DNA of 63,596 bases, the filler included, from Octopus bimaculoides (taxonomy: Eukaryota), in NCBI RefSeq assembly GCF_001194135.2. It is 5 parts of 5 records of this genome, joined end to end, with 100 filler letters (N's around TTAATTAATTAA, not from the genome) between each part and the next. Parts side by side here need not be neighbours in the genome. Positions count along the whole stretch, not along the records: positions 1 to 12,361 come from NC_068996.1; 4 more parts are not named here. The stretch is one strand, 5' to 3'. Of the stretch, positions 1-11,046 are shown in pieces. The number at the start of each line of letters is the position of its first letter. The first letter of the stretch is position 1. The notes beneath the pieces are model-generated. The model saw nothing but the letters and a program-made list of their open reading frames with translations, did not search any database and had not been told where the DNA came from. The translations under genes and the position numbers were made by a program.

Positions 1-292
1 TATATATACGGAGAAGGGTCGAGAGGGAGAGGGAGATAGGGAAGGGGAGGGAAAGAAAGAGAGGGAGAAGGAGGGTGAGAGAGGGGGGATAGGGGCGGGG
101 AGGAAAGAAAGGGAAGGAGAGAGAGAGGGAAAGAAAGGTAAGGAGAGAGGAAAGAGTGACAGAGAGAGAGTGGAGAGAGAGTGGAGAGAGAGGGGAGAGA
201 GAGGAAGAAAGAAGGGTGGGAGAGAAGGGAGGGAGAGATAGAGAGGGAAAGAGAGAGGGAGGGAGAGAGAGGAGAGAGCGAAAGAGAGATTT
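1..292. repeat. GA-rich polypurine low-complexity tract
   Basis: Almost exclusively G/A, irregular GA/GGA/GAAA units; the 156..392 ORF is an artefact of it. Confidence 0.9.
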
Positions 293-308
293 TGAACAGG
301 TATTCTTT

Positions 309-520
309 TATCTTATGTGTTTCAGTTATATGACTCCGGCCATGCTGGAGCACCGCTTTAAAAGGGGTTTTAGTCGAACATATCAACCCTGATACTTATT
401 CTTTGTAAGCCTAATACTTATTCTAACGGGTCTTTTTTGCCGAACCGCTAAGTTACGGGGAAGTAAACACACTAACATTGGTTATCAAGCGCGCACACAC
501 ACACACACAAACACACACAT
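309..520 (-). mobile_element. SINE family A, 3' half, ending in internal (CA)n
   Basis: Matches the copies at 35836-36053 and 38130-38337 (gtttcagt..ggccatgctggagcacc..tacttattc..gccgaaccgctaagttacgggga..aaacacac). Confidence 0.85.
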
Positions 521-609
521 GAATATATATCCTCTGACACCTATTGGATATGACAAGTGAGGTTAACCCACCCCACCCAATTGTGTTTCTCTTAATTTAA
601 TTCTCTGAG

Positions 610-960
610 TGCTTGCGTAGTATACTTAAAATCAGATGGCCCGAACACATAAGCAATATGGAGCTATGGCAAAGAACGAATCAAGTTTCGATTAAGGAGC
701 AAATATTTAAGAAAGAGTGGAAGTGGATTGGTAGCACAATTAGAAAGGACACACCAAATGCAGCGAAAAGTGCTTTACAGTGGAATCCGGATGGATAAAG
801 AAAGAGGGGTAGGCCTAAGAACTCGTGGCGTAGATCAACACAAAAGGAACTAGAGAAAGGGGGACATTCATGGCGGAGTATAAGTACAGAAGCGAAAAAT
901 TATGCGACATGGAATTCAATTATAAGTGGCCTGTACTCCGCGTTGGGAGGTTAAAGGGAA
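610..960 (+). mobile_element. RTE-clade LINE 3' fragment (post-RT C-terminus), degenerate
   Basis: Reads LRSILKIRWPEHISNMELWQRTNQ..WKWIGSTIRK..ALQWNPDG*RKRGRPKNSWRR, the typical RTE ORF C-terminus; in-frame stop present. Confidence 0.8.
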
Positions 961-1191
961 GGGAAAAAAAGTGGATAGTTATTTGGTGGATGTGTTGTAA
1001 ATCACTGCTTCCATTTGTGTTACATAAGGTGATGAAGAGTTCGTCGCGGCTTCCGGGTATAAATATCTTTATGTGATGTTTGAATACTTTCACAAATACA
1101 CGTTGGCCATCTCCTAAGGAGTTTTAATGTTTTTCTACGTATTTGCATATCTATCTATCTATGTGTGGGTGTTTCTGTGTTTGTATATGGA

Positions 1192-1413
1192 ATATTCTTT
1201 TCTATTCTAGCCATAAGGTCCGAAATATTTGGGGAGCGGGAGGCCAGTCGATTAGATCGACCCCAGTACGTAATTGGTACTTAATTTATCGACCCCGAAA
1301 GGATGAAAAGCAAAGTCGACCTCGGCGGAATTTGAACTCAGAAAGTAAAGACTGGCGAAATACCGCTAAGCATTTCGTCCAGTGCGCTACCAATTCTGCT
1401 AGCTCGCCGCCTT
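1192..1413 (-). mobile_element. tRNA-derived SINE family B, near full length
   Basis: Minus strand starts aaggcggcgagctagcagaa (A-box-like), then gagttcaaattcc (B-box) and core gtcgactttgcttttcatcctttcggggtcgataaattaagtacc; many copies in the window. Confidence 0.85.
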
Positions 1414-1421
1414 GATAATCA

Positions 1422-1633
1422 ATATTCTTTTCTACTCTACACACAAGGCCCAAAATGTTTTGGGAGGTGGGGCCAATAGATTAGATCGACCCCAGTACGC
1501 ATTTGGTACTTAATATATCGACCCCGAAAGGATGAAAGGTAAAGTCGACCTCAGCGGAATTTGAACTAAGAACGTAGCAACGGGCGAAATACCGCTAAAC
1601 ATTTCGCCCGGCGTGCTGACGTTTCTACGGCTT
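1422..1633 (-). mobile_element. SINE family B, second copy head-to-tail with the previous one
   Basis: Same core and tail as 1192-1413, about 10 bp apart. Confidence 0.85.
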
Positions 1634-2104
1634 GATGCCTTCTTGTATGTAGAATACTGTGCCACAAGTGCGCGTATGTATATAATTATATATAATTATA
1701 TATGATTGTATATGTATTTATCTATGTTTTTATATGTATGTATTTACTTGTAAAATGTATATTCGCTATCGAATTTTTTATTTATTTTAATATTTTTTTA
1801 ATGTAATTTTTTTAACACCCGTCCCGCGATCCCACTTCAATATTAATCAATTATTATCAACTAATTAATTAATTAATTTAATTATTTTCTGGACAAGGTT
1901 TTTTGATTCTATATTAATTTTTTATGTATACTTTACTGGTAACTTTCAAAACACACCCCAAAAATACCCAGCTCGTAATGAATATTACACCGTTATGATT
2001 TGAAAACCAACCACCCGATCAAATTTGAACGCTTATTCGTGTATATCAATTATTGATAAATTGCATCACACTATATATTAAATGTACCATTACAATTTTA
2101 ACTC

Positions 2105-2215
2105 CCAGACCGGGTGGTGCATTGCGTTCTTCAACAAAACACTTCATCTCAACGTTGCTCTCTGAGATCACTTCCACACCTGAAGGATGGTACACACTGC
2201 ACCTGACAACGTCGA
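2105..2215 (+). mobile_element. 5'-truncated tRNA-SINE body fragment (related to family C)
   Basis: ggtggtgcattgcgttcttcaacaaaacacttcatctcaacgttgctc resembles the post-B-box segment of 9335-9659. Confidence 0.5.
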
Positions 2216-2324
2216 TTTGTATATATGTATGTATATATGTATGTATATATATATGTATGCATATATGTATATATATGTATGTATATATGTATGTATATAT
2301 ATGTATTTTTATTTATTTATTTAT

Positions 2325-3431
2325 TTATGTGTTTCAGCCAAGTGGCTGCGGTCATGCTGGTGCACCACTGTGATTTTCACGTTCCTTGCATGGCTCTTCT
2401 CCCCCACCTGACATGGTCCAATCAAGAGTTTTGATGGCACATCTGGTGTATAAGAGAATTTGACATAGCTGCACTAAACTGCGTCTCATTACGAGCCATT
2501 GGTTCGTCTGGTATCGTGGAGAGGAAAGCGTCAAGTTTTGTCTTGAAGACCTCCGCATCCATGTCTTGCATGTCTCTCAAATGTTTTGGTAGGGCATTGA
2601 AGAGTTGAGGTCCTCTGAAACCGAGGCTGCTGCAGTATCTCGTTCTTATGTGAGATGCAGTGGACGGCACCTNNNNNNNNNNNNNNNNNNNNNNNNNNNN
2701 NNNNNNNNNNNNNNNNNNNNNNNNNNNNNNNNNNNNNNNNNNNNNNNNNNNNNNNNNNNNNNNNNNNNNNNNNNNNNNNNNNNNNNNNNNNNNNNNNNNN
2801 NNNNNNNNNNNNNNNNNNNNNNNNNNNNNNNNNNNNNNNNNNNNNNNNNNNNNNNNNNNNNNNNNNNNNNNNNNNNNNNNNNNNNNNNNNNNNNNNNNNN
2901 NNNNNNNNNNNNNNNNNNNNNNNNNNNNNNNNNNNNNNNNNNNNNNNNNNNNNNNNNNNNNNNNNNNNNNNNNNNNNNNNNNNNNNNNNNNNNNNNNNNN
3001 NNNNNNNNNNNNNNNNNNNNNNNNNNNNNNTGTACGGAATGTCCTCAGTATCCACCCTGCCAGTAGTCTGCACTCTGCTGTCAACTTGACAATGTGCATG
3101 TGAAATGATGCATCACTACACATGTTGATGCCCAGATCTCTTACTGTTTGTGGTTCTGGGATTGCAGTACCTCCAGGCCCTGTGTATGCCAGTTGGGAGG
3201 TACTTGTGGTCTTGTAGCGCAGTACTTGAATTTTTTCCGCATTGAACTGCATATTATTTTGCTGTGCCCACTCATATATTGCATTTAGGTCATTCTGCAG
3301 GCTTACAATATCATCAGGATTCTTTATTGCCTGAGATATCTTTGTGTCATCAGTATAGCTAGTGACAGTGGCTCTCCGAGTGACCGTGGGCATGTCCAGA
3401 AGGGCCACTATGAACAGTAGTGGCCCCAGAA
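2325..3431 (-). mobile_element. CR1/L2-group LINE, 5'-truncated RT and 3' end (gap inside)
   Basis: [56 protein letters not shown] and C-terminal GPQLFNALPKHLRD..FKTKLDAFLSTIPDEP. The RT YADD motif reads YTDD. A short 3' UTR ends in (TAAA)n. Confidence 0.85.
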
Positions 3432-3493
3432 TATATATGTATGTGTATATATATATATGTATATATATTTATGTGCATATATGTATACATGTG

Positions 3494-3577
<84 letters not shown>

Positions 3578-3745
3578 AGAGAGGAAGAGAGAGATGCGTA
3601 TATAAATATATATGTGTGTGTGTGTGTGTATGTGTGTGTGTATGTATGTATATTGCTAAATGTATACATACACACGCGTGTGCATGTGTTTGTGTGCGCG
3701 CATGTGTTTGCGTGTATGTGCGTGTGTATGTGTGTGCGTGTATTT
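3432..3745. repeat. Compound (TA)n-(GA)n-(TG)n microsatellite
   Basis: Seen directly. Confidence 0.95.
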
Positions 3746-4231
3746 ATAAGTATTTGATCATCCACTGTGCCGATTCCGATAATCACAGTTCTGGGAGCCT
3801 AGAGTACAAATAATAATAGCACATTCTTCATTTACAATTATCAGCTCTCTTACCTACTCTGACAACACTTGCTCCACCGATTAATTTTCAGCAGGTGGTT
3901 CCAAAATCCATGTAAATTAAACCATTCTGAGGCAGCACTTTATAATTTATGGTTGTAGTAACAATTGTTCTGGAACATTGAGTAACCAATTTTTCTTACA
4001 CTTTTGACGTCTGCGAGATCAAACAGTGTGAAAATAACAACAATCTGCTAAAAAAAAAATCATCAAAAAACAACAGCAGACATAATATAAAAACAACGTA
4101 AATTAAAAAAATGTTCAAAGAAGGATATTGTTTTCGTTTATTTTTTTCTATTTTGTTTTCCTCCATTTTGATCTCTTTCATATATTACCTATACATTCAT
4201 ACATATACATGTCATAAACATACATGCTTAC

Positions 4232-4275
<44 letters not shown>

Positions 4276-4317
4276 TGTATATATATGATGANNNNNNNNN
4301 NNNNNNNNNNNNNNNNN

Positions 4318-4356
<39 letters not shown>

Positions 4357-4462
4357 TGTATATATATGATGAGTGTGTATATATATATGATGTATATATA
4401 TATGTGTGTGTGTGTGTGAATGTGTGTATACACACACACACACATATATATATATATGCACA

Positions 4463-4700
4463 GTCGTGACTGTGGTAAGAAGCTTGTTTCCCAACCACAT
4501 GGTTCCGGGTTCAGTCCCACTGCGTTGCACTTTAGGCAAGTGTCTTCTACTCTTGCCTCGGGCCGACCAAAATCTTGTGAGTGGATTTGTGTGTGTGTGT
4601 GTGTGTCCGGCGTTGGTGTATTTACGTCTCCTTAACCAAGCGGTTCAGTAAAAGATACCGATAGAATAAGCACCAGGCTGAAAAAAGTACCGGGGATCGA
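4463..4700 (+). mobile_element. SINE family A with tRNA-like head, internal (TG)n and partial 3' half
   Basis: Head tggtaagaagcttg..ggttccgggttcagtccca (B-box), then gtgagtggatttg-(TG)n-ggtgtatttacgtc..gatagaataagcaccaggct. Confidence 0.8.
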
Positions 4701-5297
4701 GGTGTAGGAAGAAAGTTAGCTTCAAGCAATCCGTAGTTAATATAAAAAAAGAAACTCTCAGGGACAATAATGGTATATTGAGACGGAAGGTTGTGAATTT
4801 TTTTCGTATTGAAGTAAAATAAATTGAAAAAAGCACTTTTTATATTGGACAGGAGACCAGGTTTGCCGGGTATGCAGATAAGAACATATGAGGAATGGAG
4901 TAGATAAGATCGGGGCTACATATGTTTTATAGCGAGCGGAACCTCGAAAGTGGTAAATATCCATGGGAGGTGTATACCGCAGGGTAGTCTTCAGGCGAAG
5001 TGTATCTTGATTAAATGAAAGTTTATATTGTCACAAGGAGGTACATGCTGACACATGAAAGATTCAATCAGAATGTGTAGAGAGTACAGTAGGGATGAAG
5101 AATATAAAAGTAGAGCTGTAGAGTTACAGAGGGAGAAGAAAGCTTTCCAACGCATCTGTAAAATCAATTGGTTTGTAGCGCGAATAATGAGTTTCAAGTA
5201 CTCGGTTTTGTTCTTTTTTGTATTTCACAGTAGGCGACTAGGGTTGCTGGATATGCGAATAAGAATACAAGAGTTATCCCTGAAATTTGTTTTAAAA
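4700..5297 (-). mobile_element. Degenerate CR1/L2-like RT C-terminal fragment
   Basis: Frameshifted remnants DNINFHLIKI, YKTYVAPIL..WSPVQYKK and ESFF, resembling the LNFxxHI / YKTYVRPILEY..WSP / SFF..WNxLP motifs. Confidence 0.45.
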
Positions 5298-5513
5298 NNN
5301 NNNNNNNNNNNNNNNNNNNNNNNNNNNNNNNNNNNNNNNNNNNNNNNNNNNNNNNNNNNNNNNNNNNNNNNNNNNNNNNNNNNNNNNNNNNNNNNNNNNN
5401 NNNNNNNNNNNNNNNNNNNNNNNNNNNNNNNNNNNNNNNNNNNNNNNNNNNNNNNNNNNNNNNNNNNNNNNNNNNNNNNNNNNNNNNNNNNNNNNNNNNN
5501 NNNNNNNNATATA

Positions 5514-6393
5514 CTAGCAGAAATACCCGGCGTTGTCTGGATTAAAGAAAATAATGAAATTTTAAAATGCCTTTTAGATCTCTAACATGAAACAAACACA
5601 TGTCTTACCTCCTAGTAGTTGAGATACCAACTTTATACGTTAATAACCCGGCGTTTCCCAGGTTACTGAAAATAATGAAATTTAAGTATGCTTTTAAATC
5701 TCTAAGTAAAATGAAACATGGATTATGGAGTTCTCAACACTAATTAGCTGAGGTACAAACAATTAATGTCTATAATATGTCTCATCCGATGTTCTCACTG
5801 TTAAAATTATTAAAAAAAAAACAGGAAGTTCTTTGTCTTTGCAATCACCTTCAATTGTCAGTACTTATTTGAAACACGTTGAACCTAAAAATGCATAAAT
5901 TTGAGAAGAACCGGCCTGCGAGCGCTCCTCTCCTGTTAATAAGAACATTTAACAAAAATTCTATCAGATGACGTGAATATAAACAAATGTATTGAAACAC
6001 ATCCGGAAATCAATCACAGTTTAATTATCTAGAGCTTCTAAATATACGACATTTTGAGTGTCTTTGAATTGGTGCATAAATGAAAAGATCTTGGGGACTT
6101 CCAACTCGCGAAAATCCTACATATTGCTCATGAGAAAAGCAAGGTGAAGTCCAGCAATCTTGAGAGGCTGTCCTTGAAACTTGTTTATTGACATAGTGAA
6201 ACTTAGTTTCACCGGGAACTGGAAACGTTTAAATTTAAATGGGAGGTCATATTGGATTAAAGGGATCCGTGGAATGAAGAAGACATCCTCACCCTCATAG
6301 TTCCCAGTCATAACTGTTGCCTCTAGGACATGGACTTGCATCGCTTTCACCACCAGTCTGGTGCCATTGCACAGACGAGGTGGATCTAGATTC
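5514..6393 (-). mobile_element. Helitron 3' end with PIF1-like helicase C-terminal fragment
   Basis: LLRNLDPPRLCNGTRLVVK..VFFIPRIPLI..FKRFQFPVKLSFTMSINKFQGQ..NVVYLEAL. The minus strand ends in hairpin ccagacaacgccggg, then CTAG|T at 5514-5517. Confidence 0.85.
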
Positions 6394-6450
6394 CTGAGCA
6401 GTGCTCCAGCATGGCCGCAGTCTAATGACTGAAGCAAGTAAAAGGATACA
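6394..6450 (+). mobile_element. SINE A / CR1-like LINE 3' tail fragment
   Basis: gtgctccagcatggccgcagtctaatgactgaagcaagtaaaag; truncates the Helitron. Confidence 0.7.
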
Positions 6451-6507
6451 AAGACTCATATACAGATGTACATTTATATACATGCACGCATATTTAGAGG
6501 GTGAGGA

Positions 6508-6664
6508 AGAAGTAAGTCGATTACATCGACCCCCAGTGATCAACTGCTACTTCGTAAAGCAAAGTCGACCTCGACGGAATGTGAACTCAGAAAGTAAAAA
6601 ACTGACGAAATACCGTAAAGCAGTTTTCCCGGCGTGCAAATGATTCTGCCAGCTCACCACCTTC
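6508..6664 (-). mobile_element. SINE family B, internally deleted
   Basis: Head tgaaggtggtgagctggcagaatc and gagttcacattcc B-box on the minus strand. Confidence 0.7.
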
Positions 6665-6844
6665 ACCTAACATCTGTATTAAAATCTGATTTATTATGAA
6701 ACGCATAAGATGTTCATTCGTCCGAAACCAATCAGTTCTCTTTCAAAAAGATTTATGTATAATATATTGAAGAGAAAAATTTCAGTATATAATTTACAGC
6801 ATCAACATAACGTTGTTTTTGGGGTGTTATTTTTTTTGGGGGGG

Positions 6845-7018
6845 GGTGAGCTGGCAGCATCGGTAGCACACCAGACAAAGTGCTAAGAGGCATTTCGTCT
6901 GTGTTCACTTTCAGAGCTCAAATTCTATCGAGGCCGACTTTAACTCCTATCTTTTCGAGATCGATGAAATAAGTACCAGTGACTTATCCCTCAACGCTGA
7001 AATTGTTGGCCTTGTGCC
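6845..7018 (+). mobile_element. SINE family B whose tail runs into an (ATT)n array
   Basis: ggtgagctggcagcatcggtagc..gagctcaaattc..gatgaaataagtaccag..ggccttgtgcc-(ATT)n. Confidence 0.75.
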
Positions 7019-7040
7019 ATTATTATTATTATTATTACTA

Positions 7041-7108
<68 letters not shown>

Positions 7109-7114
7109 TTTATT
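7019..7114. repeat. (TAA)n microsatellite
   Basis: Seen directly; further arrays at 7544-7569 and 8801-8878 separate the elements of this chain. Confidence 0.95.
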
Positions 7115-7543
7115 GAGTGAGAGAGCAGTGCATGCAATCAAAGTGACACTGGGGTAAAATATACAAAGCCCAATATACCCATCATGGCTACCCGTCTCAT
7201 AAGGGTACACCAGGCACATGCATCACAACCATATGTGCGCGACATGGTGATCTCATATCAAGATAAACAGCGCATGACCTCGCAGGTGGGGCCCAGTTAG
7301 AATTTTTTCAGGTCGAGTAGCCCATCCCGCTCAAAAGGTCCCTGAATAAGGTTCGTTTAAAGATGTTGAGCAAAACATCCATGTTTCCAAAGGTAAATTA
7401 TTCAAACCCCAAAGAATTCCTCTCAACACATGGCTATGATGCTCCCGCACTACTTCTGCTCATGATCAGAGATGCACATATCGTCAGCCAACAAGGGACA
7501 TGCTCAACTGGTTAAGGTCAAACAACTGACAAGCAAATCTGTG
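7115..7543 (-). mobile_element. Noncoding (TAA)n-flanked repeat (element X), 5'-truncated copy
   Basis: Colinear with 53677-54222 along its whole length; TAA arrays on both sides; no credible ORF. Confidence 0.75.
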
Positions 7544-7569
7544 ATTATTATTATTATTATTATCATTAT

Positions 7570-8799
7570 ATGTTTGACTTTTGCTTTGCATTTCTACAAG
7601 TTGGATCCAAGTCTCACCCAGAGACCTCAAGAGACAACAAGTTAGAAGTTCATGTAGGTGTTATGCCTGGAGTGTCATATATTTGGTTTTGCACAAAGTA
7701 TTGTTCTAGAGAATGTTTAAGAAATCTTAAGAAAGTAATGAGTTTGTTTCAAAATTTGAGTTTACATAGACAGTATCTTACGTAGGATATGGACAGTTAC
7801 CATGAGCACTATCTTTTGAATTTCTGCCGTTTTGTGGTTTCCTGGTATCTGAGCTAGGTACCAATCAGCCCCTTTTGCTATCATTCCTAGGGCACCTATG
7901 ACAACAGGTATTGTTTTAGTCTTCAGGTTCCACAGTTTGCTAATTTCTATATCAAGATCTTTATACTTGCTCAGTTTTTGGTAAGTCTTGACAGTTACAT
8001 TTATGTCGATTGGGACAGTCATATCAATGGTAAGTCATGTCTTTTGTCTGAAGTCTTTCAATATAATGCCTGGCCTATTCTCATCTGTCTTTCTGTCCGT
8101 TTGAATGATAAAGTTCCAGAGGAGTGAGATGTGATCATTTTCAAGCACTGGAGGTGGTTTGTGTTCCCACTAGCTCTTATCATGGAGCAGGTCCAGAATT
8201 TTGCAAATAACCAAGTGAAAATATTGTGCTGCTCTATCATGCCTGTTAAGATATTCTGTAGGCGCAAGAAGACTGCACATGGAGACAATGTGATAAATGG
8301 TTTCATTTTGTTGTTTATATACACATGTTGGGCTACTGCTGTTCTTTAATATGTTGACCTGGTAGTTGCTTGTAGGTAATCATACTATGATAAACCCTTC
8401 CGTTTCCGGTTTTGAGCCAGAAGACACTAACCATTGAAAGGCAAGGGCTTTGTCAATATCTGCATTATTAACTCTCTTTGGGTATTTGCTATTGAGAGGT
8501 TTTTCTTGCCATTTATCAGTCATAATATCTAAGGCATCAGTTTTAGCACGAGTTTTCATACCTTTAGTTTTTTCTGCGCTTATTTCTAGTACGTCTAATT
8601 CTTGAAGTTGTATTTGCAATTCACTTAGATATTCCTTTGCCTGTTTTGTTACTGAGTATGATGCTTTCTTGTTATCATGCTTTGAGACAAGTATTAACAT
8701 CCAGTCATCGGAGTTTTTCAGGTAAGTGTCTAGGCCTGTTGTGGCAATCTTGATTGTTAATTCCTGTTGTAAAAGTCCACGGCCACCCTCTTTTCTTGA

Positions 8800-8800
<1 letters not shown>
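7570..8800 (-). mobile_element. R4/Dong-clade LINE, 5'-truncated (post-RT, zinc knuckle, REL endonuclease, 3' UTR)
   Basis: RKEGGRGLL..WQEKPLNSKY..KPETEGFII..ETIYHIVSMC..HDRAA..LLWNFIIQTD..NRPGII..IDMTVPID..KYKDLDIEISKLWNLKTKTIPVVIGALG..ILRKILSM; (TAA)n at both ends. Confidence 0.9.
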
Positions 8801-8878
<78 letters not shown>

Positions 8879-10832
8879 GTTCGGTAGTTTTATNNNNNNN
8901 NNNNNNNNNNNNNNNNNNTCTGTGCGCCTTGGGTATGTGCTGTGGTTTGCTGTGGTGCTCTTATGGTTACTGTATTGAAAGTGTTTTGCGTAGGATGTGT
9001 GCAGTGCCCAGTAGTGCAATTTTCTGTATGTTATATATATTTGTAAGTCCTGGTGTTTTTGTTATGTATTTGTCTGAATATTTTTTTATTATACCTAAGG
9101 CACCTACTATGATAGGAATTGTTTCTGTTTTTAGATTCCACATTCGAGTTGCCTCTATTTCCAGGTCTTTGTATTTTGAAATTTCTTCCGTTTCTTTTAG
9201 AGAAACGTTGTCATCTATTGATATTTACATCAATTACAAATCATTTTTTTTTTTCTTGATGATCTCTGACAACTCTATCCGGCCTATTGGCCTTAATTTC
9301 TCTATTTGTGTGTATTGGCATATCCTATAGTATGTGAAGGCGCATGGCTTAGTGGTTAGGGCATTCGGCTCACGATCGTAATGTCGTGAGTTCAATTCCC
9401 GGCGACGCGTTGTATCCTTGAGCAAGACACTTTATTTCGCGTTGCTCCAGTCCACTCAGATGGCAAAAATGAGTAGCACCTGTATTTCAAAGGGCCGGCC
9501 TTGTCACGCTATGTGTCACGCTGAATCACCCCGAGAACTACGTTAGGGGTACACGTGTCTGTGGATTGCTCAGTCACTTGCACGTTAATTTCACGAGCAA
9601 GCTGTTCCGTTGATTGGATCAGCTGGGATCCTCGTCGTCGTAACCGACGGAGTGCTCTCAGTATGGTTGCTTTTTCATTTTCTGTGACCTTTTCCGGCGT
9701 GTGCTTATACCGTCCTTTTTCTGTTGTTATTCTATAGTGTTGGCATAGCTTCCCAACTCTGTTGTGTCTGTGAATATATTCCATTTTAGCCAGGATTGGG
9801 CAATCAGAGACAATATGGTTTATTGTTTCTTGTCCATCTCCACGTATTCTGCAATTACTTGTTTCTTTTCATTATATGTTTTGGGGTAATTTCTGGTGGG
9901 GAAGGCTTTGATCTTCTCAGCTATTGTTGGGATTTTGCTTTGTCTATTTCTTTTGCGTTTATTTAGCCCAGTATTTACCAGGTAGGGGCTTTTCTTGCCA
10001 TCCTTTTATCATGGTCCGTTGCTGTTCCAGTTTTAGTTTGGATTTCAGTTGCTTTACAGCTTTTGTTGTTTCTTTTTTTTCATCGTAGTTGTTAGGTATT
10101 ATGATTTCTTGTTTGTATTTGTCAGCTTCCTTAAAGACAGAAAAGAGTTTTTTGGTTTTGTTCGTGTTTGTGGTTATTTGTATTAGTTTTCCTTCCTCTG
10201 AAGTAGGTATTTTTGCAGTCTTCTAGTATTTTTGTAATAGTTTTCTAGCCTTGTAACGCCTCTACTATCTTACATACGTTGTATATATAGCCTTTCTATG
10301 TCAGATTTTGGATGGTGCATCCTAGATCCTGTCATTATTTTTCTCGTTTTCCTGTCTATTTTGATTAGTTCATTTAGAGCCCTGTTAAGGATATTGTGGC
10401 TGTAACTTATGACTGGGACAGCTACAGTGTTGATACCTATCTTGTTTTACGCATTAAACTCCGTTTTCAGTATTAATCTAACTCGTCTATAGTATTTTTT
10501 AAATTTTCTCTTTCATTTGTGTGTGTTGTATCGTATCTAGTTCATTGATTCCTAAATATTTGTATGGCTGGTTTTGGTCTAATTCTCTTATTTATTCATT
10601 TGCTGTATCTAGTGTAATGTTGCTTCTCTTAATTAGTTTTCCTCTCTTCAAGGTTGCTTTGGCACATTTTTCTAAGCCAAATTTCATATTTATTTCTTTG
10701 GTAAATCCATGTACTGTCTGTAGTAATGTTTCCAGCTGTTTATCGTTTGTAGCGTACAGTTTTAGATCATTCATATATATAAGAGGTAGCTCATTGTTTT
10801 GTCGTAACAGTTGTATCCACATCTAGTTCTGT
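8879..10832 (-). mobile_element. R4/Dong-clade LINE, RT domain 5 to 3' end, degenerate, interrupted by a SINE
   Basis: IYMNDLKLYA (YMDD motif)..INMKFGLEKCAK..YKYLGINE..MHHPKSDIERLY..WQEKPLPGKY; 3' end abuts (TAA)n at 8878. Confidence 0.85.
9335..9659 (+). mobile_element. tRNA-derived SINE family C, full length
   Basis: A-box tggcttagtgg, B-box gagttcaattcc, then gtatccttgagcaagacact; 6-bp direct repeat agtatg at 9329-9334 and 9660-9665 (probable TSD). Confidence 0.85.
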
Positions 10833-10834
10833 TT

Positions 10835-11046
10835 GACGGCAAGCTGGCAGAATCGTCAGCATGCTGGACGAAATGCTTAGCGGTATTTCGTCTGTCACTC
10901 TGATCTAAGTTGAAGTTCCGCCGAGGTCGATTTTGTCTTTCATCTTTTTGGGGCCGATAAATTAAATACCAGTTGAACACGAGTCGATGTAATCGAATCA
11001 TCCCCTCACCCAAAATGGCTGCCCTTGTGGCAAAATTTGAAACCAT
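10835..11046 (+). mobile_element. SINE family B
   Basis: ggcaagctggcagaatcg..aaatgcttagcggtatttcg..ccgaggtcg..aaaatttgaaaccattatt. Confidence 0.8.

Noticed and set aside
3854-4047. Minus-strand segment with a good acceptor (ttttttttttag) and donor (gtaag), resembling an exon
   Set aside because: Stops in all three frames and no recognisable protein motif; it could only be a noncoding exon, which cannot be supported without RNA data.
9335-9415. tRNA-like sequence with A and B boxes
   Set aside because: Continues into a SINE body and has a TSD; no complete cloverleaf, so it is not a tRNA gene. The same applies to SINE A and B heads.
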